Assembly (NCBI RefSeq): GCF_006345805.1
Contig: NC_043013.1
Span: 35,774,001 to 35,838,000 of the forward strand
Origin: Octopus sinensis
Lineage: Eukaryota
Reading direction: 5' to 3'
DNA length: 64,000 nt
Both the position numbers and the translations under genes were made by a program. Below the pieces are notes generated by a model. The model saw only the letters and a program-made list of their open reading frames with translations. It was not told the origin of the DNA and ran no database searches. Of this stretch, positions 54,804-64,000 are shown in pieces. The number at the start of each line of letters is the position of its first letter. Position 1 is the first letter of the stretch.

Positions 54804-55265
54804 AAGAAGAAGAAACAATAAAGTTTGCTTATTGATCGACATGAGCATCCCCTGTGATCATAATATCTTGGCGACAGAGTTTGACAAGCTCAGAAAATAT
54901 AAAGACCTGCTCATTGAAATTGAGAAAATGTGGCATCTCAAGGCGGTTACAATACCAGTGATCGTAGGAGCACTAGGAATGATCAAGAAGGGAACTGAAA
55001 ATTATATGAGAATGATCCCTGGCTTACCATCCCTGCAAGAAGTGTAAAAGATTGTCTTAACTGGTACATTACACGTATTGAGAAGAGCATTGTCGATGTG
55101 AGAACTATTACTACCCATGTATTTTAATTTAACTTTAAAAAAAAATGAACGAACTAGTGAGTTTAGTTTAATGCCCTACCAATGTATACTATGAGTTTCT
55201 TTGTCCTAGGAGTCGGGAAGACACTCGGCAAGAAATGGAAGCAAATTTGAAAGAAGAAAAAAAAG

Positions 55266-55266
<1 letters not shown>
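54804..55266 (+). pseudogene. R4/Dong-type LINE restriction-like endonuclease domain + 3' UTR
   Basis: VCLLIDMSIPCDHNILATEFDKLRKYKDLLIEIEKMWHLKAVTIPVIVGALG...HVLRRALSM*. Confidence 0.85.
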
Positions 55267-55308
<42 letters not shown>

Positions 55309-55310
<2 letters not shown>

Positions 55311-56435
55311 CTCCCTGGATGTACCAGTTGTGCAGTATAGTCTAATTGTCATCAGTTGGAATCTGAGTGGAATCCAACGTATGGACATAAAGGCCAGGAA
55401 ACTGCTGACCCAAAATCGGATGTCCACGGGTTCAATCTCCTTCGAAAGGAAGGCGAAAGGAAACTTGAAATGTCCTATAAAATGACCATGATAGGACTCC
55501 AAGTGTACATCCAAAGTAACACCGAGTGGCTGATTCAGCTGATAAGGCAATATAAACAGATTAAGAACCTGCATTCAATCTCAAAGGAGGCGTATAAATA
55601 CTGACGGGAGCTTAACCTCCCTGATTATGATAAGGAGAACGCACCACTTACTAAGGCATCAAAAACTGTAAAGGGAAGCTTGAAGGCAATATCGAAAGTG
55701 TAGCATGAAAATCTATTGCATGGGTAATACCTCAAACGGGCTTGGGAAGCTGATGTAGAAGAACTCATCAGTGGCTGCAGAGTGCTGGTTAGAAAGCCGA
55801 AACAGAAGGATTTATCCTAGAAGCGCAAGCTTAAAGTCTCCTCACTCGGAACCACATTGTTGCCGGTTGCTGAGTCTTCGTCTCTACAGAATATAAAACC
55901 AGGCATGATCGAGTTGGCTAAATACTTGCACTGGAGCACATGACGTTGCTATGATATCCTGCACCATAACAACTGGTATGAATACCATGCAGATCCAGCC
56001 ACTGAAGAAGAGAATGTTCCCATCCTATGGAATTATGGGATACACAGGCAAATAAATGATAACAAACCAGACATCGTCATCAAAGATAAAGACAGAAAAC
56101 ATACCTGTTAATTGATATAATAGTACCTTCTGATAGAAACATCTCAGCAAAGGAATTTGTAAAACTGTTGAAATATAAGGACCTTGAGATTGAGATATCT
56201 AGGATGTGGCAATTGAAAACCAAAGCCATACCTGTTGTTGTAGGTGCCCTAGGAATGATCATGAAAAGTAGTTTTTGACCAGATCCCCGAGAAACCTACA
56301 ATCTATGAGACTCAAAGAAATTGTTTTGACATCAACTGCCCACTGTCCCAGGAAGATTATCTCCATCTAATACATACGTGTCTTAGGTCTCTGGTTGAGA
56401 TCGAGTCAGAAAATGAAATAAAATGCAAACCAATC

Positions 56436-56437
<2 letters not shown>
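55309..56437 (+). pseudogene. R4/Dong-type LINE, post-RT region to RLE domain, degenerate
   Basis: MDIKARKLLT, DVHGFNLLRKEGER, KAETEGFILEAQ, EYKTRHDRVG, NKPDIVIKDK, LIDIIVPSD, KYKDLEIEISRMW, IPVVVGALG. Confidence 0.85.
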
Positions 56438-56487
<50 letters not shown>

Positions 56488-56488
<1 letters not shown>

Positions 56489-56743
56489 GTGCTCATGGGA
56501 ACTGCTCATATCCTACGCAAAATACTCTCTATGTAATCCCAAGGTTTAAAACAAACTTTTTAAAAAAATTTATTTATTAGACATTCACTAGTACAACACC
56601 AAAAAAACCCCCCAAAAAAACCCCAAATATATGGCACACTAGGCATAACAACAACGTGAACTTCCAACCTGTTGTCTCTTGGAGGTCTCTGGGTGAGACT
56701 TGGAGCCAACTTGTACAAACATAAAGCAAAAGTCAAACATAGA
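56488..56743 (+). mobile_element. R4/Dong-type 3' end
   Basis: VLMGTAHILRKILSM* + UTR between (TAA)n tracts. Confidence 0.8.
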
Positions 56744-56758
56744 ATAATAATAATAATA

Positions 56759-56790
<32 letters not shown>

Positions 56791-56795
<5 letters not shown>

Positions 56796-57770
56796 CAGTT
56801 ATCTGCCACAAGGGTGAAGGATAAAGGGGAGCAATACAAAGACAGACATACAATGTGGAGGTTTACATATAATAATGAAATGTTTAAAAAAATAGTAAGT
56901 ATACAAGGTGTACACTAAAAAAGAAGGGACATATGTAAAGCATACAAAGGTTTAAAAAATGTGGCAGGCGTATGATAGAGATGTGGCTCTCCTGATACAG
57001 GAAGGCGTCTAGGGATAATCGAGGAACCGCACTGTCCGAGATTTCCCTGAAATACAAAGGTTTGAGTAAAGAAAAAAAGGTTGTAGGGAGGAATATGGAG
57101 ATGTGACCCTCTTGATGCAGGAAAGCCTCTGAGGATAATCGACGAACCCTACTGTCCGAGATTTCCTTGAAATCCCAGGATCAAGTGCCCTCTCCAATTC
57201 CTTCTGTACAATCCACAGGTCTACACTTAGAGAGGTACCAACCACTCTTGCCATTTTCGCTACTTTCACCCACATTTCAATAAACTCACCTGAGGACAGC
57301 ACTTCTCTTTCAACTCTCAATTTCCTTCTCAAGTGAAACTTGAAGAAGCCAATGAAAGCTCTACCAAAGAGCCTTGTCCACCAAACAGCCTCTTTCGCCA
57401 CAGCCACCAGCCAAAGGAAAGCTGCCTTGCCTGCCCGATTGAAGGAGAGCGGCGGTACTATCATCACTACGGACTCGACCGACAGACAGATCCGTCCCAT
57501 ATGTGACAGCAGCTGTTCGACATAACCCCACAAGTCAGTAATGTCCGGACACTGAACGAGGGCGTGCAGAACAGTTTCGTTACTCTGCGCGCATCTCAGA
57601 CAAGCCTGTCTGACAGCACATAGGTGCCTGTAGAGTTTATATCGAAACGGTAGCGCCCCGCAGTACCGTTTCGATATGTCCAAGAACATCTGGAAATTAT
57701 CCATGATAGTTCCCGACCGGAAAGTCCTCCGAAACAGACTAGCCAGTTCGTTCCCGTCGGCGTCCAAAAT
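56791..57770 (-). pseudogene. L1/Tx1-clade LINE ORF2 C-terminus (zinc knuckle) + 3' UTR, ending in (ATC)n
   Basis: GALPFRYKLYRH...CLRCAQSNETVLHALVQCP...LW...AKEAVWWTR; ~45-bp duplication in the UTR (57011, 57131). Confidence 0.8.
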
Positions 57771-57983
57771 AATCCTTTCCATTATAGGCACAGAGCCCGA
57801 AATTTGGTGGGAGGGGCTAGTCGATTATAGTACATCGACCCCCAGTACTCAACTGATAATTATTTTATTGACCCCGAAGTGTGAAAGGCAAAATCGACCT
57901 CGACGGAATTTGAACCGAGAGCGTAAAGACAGAGACGAAATGCCGCTAAGCATTTTGCCCGGCGTGCTATCGATTCTGCCACC
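57771..57983 (-). mobile_element. SINE family D, (ATT)-tail form
   Basis: Family D core and tail ccaaatttcgggctctgtgcctataatggaaaggatt on minus. Confidence 0.85.
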
Positions 57984-59279
57984 TCTTGTGTGTCAATAGT
58001 TTACACCATATACACGTTTTGCTCATTCCTTTCTTGCATATCGTTCACAACAATTTCCCTGGCGATTGTAGATTCCTGTCTTGCTTAAGCTTTTGTCTTT
58101 ACTAAGTTTGCTTTGAAACCTTTCGATTCCAGGTTTGCATCCATCTCTGGAATTTCTTCTCTAAATCTTCTGCAAGTTTTGCCGTAAAATGTAGTTCATC
58201 AGTATTCAACAGTGGCTATGGACAGCCAGTTTAAACCCCCTGCATTAAACAAAAAGGAGCTGAGAACTGGACACGGAAAGACACCTATTTTTAGGCATGC
58301 GCTGAAATTGCAACCGTTCGTCATAATTTTTTCTTCGTGCATTTTTATGTGTTACTTTCACTTTCTTTAAGTTAATTAATAAATAGAAATCAAACTACGC
58401 TGCCAAACCTTAAAAATTTCCACAGATAAATACACAATAAACATACACGATTAACTTGAAAATTTATTAGGATACATGATGTAAAAAAAAATATTATAAT
58501 TTGTAAGAGTGGCGAATATAATATATTCGTAATCACAAGTTAAAGAAGAATAAATTTTCAAAATCGCTAAAAATTTACTCGGTGACAAAAGCAATATCGT
58601 TAGATTAAATGAGAAACTGAATGAACTAATCACGGTGATATACGTATAAATGGAAGCTCCTTATTTCTTTTGCATTGATAGCGAATTAACTTAGTTACAG
58701 CACACGTCTACAAAACTGTAAAAATATACAAACAAAGCAGTTCTTTTGAACAATGATTATGTCTCAAAAATATGCACTAACAACCGTCACACGATTGCTA
58801 AATAATTTTCATCACACTTGAGTAGTACAGGACAGCCGTCTGAGAAGTTTCTGGAGTTCGGGATGTAACAAAATAGACGAAACAATCAAAATTATATTAA
58901 ATATTTTTTATAAAAAGAACAGTCATATTATTAATTAACAAACTGAAGAAATTAGTAGGGTTCTGCACAATAAAATTACTTTATCGCAGTCCATAAGACT
59001 TATATAGCAAATAAGTAGGTATGGGTTCTACATTAGGGCTAACGTTTGCCGCTTTCTACCTGACTTCCAATGGAAGCCAAAACAGTACCAAGCCATAAAC
59101 ACATGATATATATTACATGTGTATGATATATCTTTTCGAATGGAAACGGTGGAAAACGTTGAGAAATTTTAAAAAACGACTGTCCTAAAATCCACCATCC
59201 ATAACAGTGCTGCACATTCAATATTTAATTACCCCCCCCCCCCGCTTCGAAGCATAAATTTTCAGAAGGAGAATAACAG

Positions 59280-59600
59280 ATACATCACGTTCATGTATAC
59301 AAATGATACAAATAAATGTAGATATTTAGAAGGAGGCAACTGATATAAATTTTACATAAAAAATTACAGTGGTAAAACCTCTCCTCTCCTTAGAAGAGCG
59401 TTTAGATCCTCTTCCATAAAAGAAGTACTAGATGTAGAAATCCAACGAATGAAGCAAACAATAAACAACACCAAGGATTCTTTCAAGTTAATTTTCAAGC
59501 CAAAGAACAAAGCAAACAGAAATGCAAAACAACAGATAAGATCAATATGAACTTTTAAAATTAGACAAACTATGCACAGGCAATCTTTGCTGAACATCGT
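59280..59600 (+). pseudogene. Penelope-like RT thumb fragment (Poseidon-like)
   Basis: TFMYTNDTNKCRYL...KITVVK / LLRRAFRSSSIKEVLDVEIQRMKQTINN resembles TxVYxKxT..YL..YKxxVI..LxRRA..EIxRxKQxLxNN. Confidence 0.5.
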
Positions 59601-59621
59601 TTCGTTATAACATGATAGCTT

Positions 59622-60378
59622 GTCTTTTACTTGTTTCAGTCATTGAAGAATTTCTAGTCGAATAAATCGACTTCAGTACTTTTTTTAAAGCTTGGTACTT
59701 ATTCTATCGGTATCTTTTACCGAACCGCTATGTTACGGGGATGTAAACAAACCAACACTGACTGTCAAGTAGTAGTGTGGGACAAACACAGACACAAAGA
59801 TACACACAGACACACACACACATATATGAAAGTAAAACATATACGTACGACGAGCTTCTTTCAGTTTCCGTCTACTAAATCCATTCGCAAGGATTTAGTC
59901 ACCCCAAGGATATAGTAGAAGACAGTTGCCCAAGGTGCCACGCAGTGAGACTGAACCTAGAACTAAGTGGTTATTGCCACAAGGGCAGTACAGAGAAGCA
60001 ATGCGGGCTGGACAAACACATTAATGAGATGAGGAATGATATGTATAAATGTAAAAAATAGGAGGGGTATTCGGCGCCTGCCGACCGAACACCCCTCGAA
60101 ATCACAGTTTCTTTTTACACAATATTATAAAAATAACAATATACAATAATTTACAATATATCAATATACATAAATACTATTCAATTACAAAACTTAATTA
60201 CAAAAATTAATTACAAAAATTAATCCTCGTCCGAAACCCCACACAAATACCGCGCCGACATCAGACATACCTGTATTGTTGGGGGGGGGGGGTCCAAGAC
60301 GAAGAAGGTATAACTATCTATTGAGAATGTCCCCGTGACCTTCACCAGCTTCTTACCACACATCCACACCCGTACCTA
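59622..60378 (-). mobile_element. SINE family C interrupted by a Tx1-like 3' fragment (59973-60345)
   Basis: C sequence breaks after aagtggtt and resumes at agcttcttaccacac; insert ends in CCCTTGTGGCAATAA on minus. Confidence 0.75.
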
Positions 60379-60583
60379 ATGATACGAAAATATATAAAAC
60401 CCAAAATAAAAACTTTCAAAGTTTACGTCTGTCAAACAGAATTTTTGCATATATTTTCCTTTCTTTTTTCTATTTGTATATTTTGCTGTTTGTTGCGTTT
60501 TCAGTTTAGTGAAATAAAGATGAATAAACAATGATAATAGATAGCATTACTAGTCATTCAGCTTCTATATTTTAAGAACGTCT

Positions 60584-61243
60584 AAGGCAGTGAGCCAGCA
60601 GAATTGTTAGCACACAGGACAAAATGCTTAGCGGAATTTCGTCTATCGTTACGATCTGAGTTCAAAATCTGCCGAGGTCGACCTTGCCATACATCCTTTC
60701 GGGGTCGATAAAATAAGTACCAGTTGAGTACTGGGGTCAATGTAATTGACTCATTCTCTTCCCCCATAAATTTCAGGCATTGTGCCTTTAGTAGAAAGGG
60801 TTATAACGTTATGTAAGGTAGCGCGCTGGCAGAGTCGTTAGCACGCCGGGCGAAATGCTTAGCGGTATTTCGTCTGCCGCTACGTTCTGAGTTCAAATTC
60901 CGCCGAGGTCGACTTTGCCTTTCATCCTTTCGGGGTCGATAAATTAAGTACCATTTACGCACTGGAGTCGATGTAATCAATTTAATCCCTTTGTCTGTCC
61001 TTGTTTGCCCCCTCTGTTTAGCTCCTTGTGAGCAATAAAGAAATAAGAAACGTTAGCACGCCGGGAAAAATATTTAGCGGCATTTCGTCCGTCTTTACAT
61101 TCTAAGTTCAAATTCCGCCGAGGTAGAATTTGCCTTTCATCCTTTCGGGGACGATAAAATAAGTAGCAGTTGAACACTGGGGTCGATCTAATCGACACAT
61201 CCCCTTCCCTAAAATTGCTGTCCTTGTGGCAAAATTTGAAGCC
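60584..61243 (+). mobile_element. Family D trimer within a single TSD
   Basis: Monomers 60584-60803, 60815-61046, 61047-61243; 17-bp TSD ATATTTTAAGAACGTCT 60567-60583 / 61244-61260. Confidence 0.9.
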
Positions 61244-61813
61244 ATATTTTAAGAACGTCTTTTATGATACAGTATTTGTACATCTACTGTCTATTCCATA
61301 GAGATGCAACCCTTTCAAGGTATGGCAATATTTAAAAGGTAAAATAGAGGAATTATTTGAATCTCACTGTGAAGACGACAACGTGGAGAAAGAACAAAAC
61401 CGTTGCGTAGAATAAAATGATAAAAAAGAGGAGGGAAAACCATCAGGAACTTCAATGACTAAATATTTGTTTGAGGCTTTTATTTTAGATAAAGTTGTGA
61501 CGATTTGTTACCGAGAAAGATCCTTAAAGAGAGAGCAGATCAAAAGCAAAACAAGTTAATAATGAATTAATGCATGTACTACCAAGGAATTAAACGAATA
61601 GAATAGAAATCTACAATAACAAACCCTTGAACATTTTATTTAAGTAAATAATTAGTTTATTGATTTTTATTTATATATTTCAATGTTTAATATTGAAGAT
61701 ATTTTCGCTTTTATGTTATATGTTAGTCGATGTTTTTGTGACTAGGAATACTTCGTTAGAATGTAATTCTTGCTTACATTATTATCAATATTATTATTGT
61801 TGCTGTTGTTATT

Positions 61814-62368
61814 GGGAGAGCAGTGCATTCCATCAAAGTGACACTGGTGTAAAATATAGGAAGCCCAGTATACCCATCATGACTACCCGTCTGATAAGGG
61901 TACACTAGGCACATGCATCACAACCATATGTGCACGACATGGTGAGCTCTTATAAAGAAAAACAGCGCATGACCTTGCAGGTGGGGGCCCACTTAGAATT
62001 TTCTTCACGTCGAGTAGCCCATCCCACTCAAAAGGACCCTGAACAATTGTTGTTTAAGGATGTCGAACAGAACACTTGTGTTTCCAAAGGTGAAATTATT
62101 CAAGCCCCATAGAATTCCTCTCAATACATGGCTGTGATGCTTCTCCACTACTTCTGCTCGTGATCAGAGATGTACATATTGTCAGCTACTAAGGGACATG
62201 CTCAACTGGTTAAGGTCAAACAACTGACAAGCAAATCTGTGGTATTGAGCAGAATATTTGCTGTAGCCCATCTTTTATACCAAGACAAAACATGTACATG
62301 ATAACACTTCCAATCAGTTAAGTTCAGAAGCCATGGGAACCACTGCCTGGTCCTGCATCAGGACATTT
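61814..62368 (-). mobile_element. Uncharacterised non-coding ~555-bp element embedded in (TAA)n
   Basis: Second partial copy at 12457-12673; both abut (ATT)n; strand inferred from the shared end. Confidence 0.7.
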
Positions 62369-62384
62369 ATTATTATCATCATCA

Positions 62385-62440
<56 letters not shown>

Positions 62441-62442
<2 letters not shown>

Positions 62443-62930
62443 GGAAGCCGTCGCACAGTATCCAGTATTGTGATGTTGTAGATTGGAAATATTGTGCGTG
62501 CTGGTGCTTTGTGCTGTTTGTCAAGTCACAAGAAGGATCCCAGACATATAGTACTTTACGCAGTATGCATGCAGTTTGAAGTAAAGCCGATTTTTGCAAC
62601 ACACCAAGATTATAGGGTTTTTCTAAAGTGTCCAGATGTTTCTTTAGGTTGAGTAATATTGAACCTGATGTTCCGATGACAGTAGAGACAAAACTTTGTT
62701 TAGCTCTCGCATCTGTCACGTCTTAGCTATCGCAATTTTCAGGTTTCCATATTTGTCAAATTTTTTTTATGACAAAATGTTGATTATTAGACACTCTTGC
62801 TTATTTCTCCTGAAGGCCTTCAGTGCTCTAACACTTTGTCTGCCTGGAAGTCGAAGTATCAGTCGACCTTTGTCCTCTCGTTTTTGTCCATTATTATTAT
62901 AGTTATTTACTTTTAATCTGCATGCTTGTT
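62441..62930 (-). pseudogene. R4/Dong-type RLE domain + 3' end
   Basis: DFQADKVLEH*RP, ECLIINI, KFDKYGNLKIAI, LGVLQKSALLQTACILRKVL, then (AAT)n. Confidence 0.75.
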
Positions 62931-64000
62931 GCAATCACTTGCCGGAACACACCCAGCACCCTAGAGCAAGTGAAGGATAAGAGATGTTACAGTATTACTG
63001 AAAGCTTGAAGAGGGGACGTGGCCGGGACAGTAGCGAGATATCTTTATGTAATACAACACAGACATTTAAATTGATAGGGTCTTTCTAAGGATGTGGGCA
63101 GCACTTGCCAGCACAATCTATTAGATTTCTCTGAGACATGGTTCTCCTGGGATGTTGTCTAGATGTTTCTGACATCCCTTATTATCATCATCATATCATC
63201 ATCATTACTACCACCATCAACGCCACCACCATTATCATCATTATTATCATTGGTTTCCATTTACATCGTTTCATTTCATTTGCATTTTCCATGAGCTTAT
63301 CAGTAACGTTAAGTGAGGTCTCACAATTACGTTTATATGCAAATGATAAAAAAATCCACGTAAAACAACACAAATGCACAGCAATGAAATATAAACAAAT
63401 ACTAATAACTTATCAGAAAAGACGTAAGTTAAAAATACCTTCTTATCAAAAAGAAATCACAACCATGTAAACCCGTGAACAAGCTACGAATAATAAATGT
63501 GATTAATTTGATTGCAAATATGAAAGCTTTAAATTTCGCGTCCACAATTAGCATATTGGCCGTATAAATACGAAACTTTCTCGCCGAATGACTATACACT
63601 TTACAACAAGGTACAATTAAACTGCGTGGTACAACATAAACAGTTGATGCATCTATATTTATGGATAAGATTGCATGAAATTTTATAAATTAATAATGAA
63701 AGCAATTTTCATAAGATACAATGCTAAAATAAACGCAAACAACGCACACTAGTCCCAAATAAAAATGGCAAAAATTCAAATTCTGACGATAAGGCTTACA
63801 TTTATTACTAGACCTGCAGACACCAATGTTTTGATTTAGTTTCGTCTCCTCAGTGCTAGACACTCCTCAATGCTAGACACATGTCTCCTCAGCGCCAGAC
63901 ATTTCGAGCTGCACCGAAACTTCTGCTCTTATTCATAGAAGACAAAAGAATTGTATTGCGTTTGACTTGTCACATGGTTTGATGTGAAACATTTAAAATT

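Overview
Eukaryotic, AT-rich, repeat-saturated non-coding DNA (intergenic or a large intron). The SINE families and microsatellite load resemble octopus/coleoid cephalopod genomes (inference from recognition, not a search). No intact protein-coding gene is supported: almost all ORFs in the track are translations of (CAT/CAC)n, (TA)n, (CA)n, (TAA)n and CT-rich microsatellites. Recognisable content: at least three tRNA-derived SINE families plus an RTE-tailed non-autonomous family; degenerate LINE fragments (CR1, RTE, I-group, L1/Tx1, a tandem stack of R4/Dong-type elements in (TAA)n); Penelope-like element (PLE) remnants (Naiad- and Poseidon-like); DD37D Tc1/mariner relics; hAT MITEs; and a Helitron. 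The most striking signal is a repeated composite element: tRNA-like Pol III head + (AAT)n + PLE-type tail carrying a minimal hammerhead ribozyme. At 2791-3350 it sits as a ~180-bp inverted repeat inside one 15-bp target-site duplication (TSD). Other highlights: an HDV-like ribozyme fold in an RTE-type element, a SINE tail matching the 3' end of a Tx1-like LINE in the same window, and several further hammerhead-like motifs. Family letters A-E are my own labels; repeat boundaries are approximate unless a TSD/TIR is quoted.
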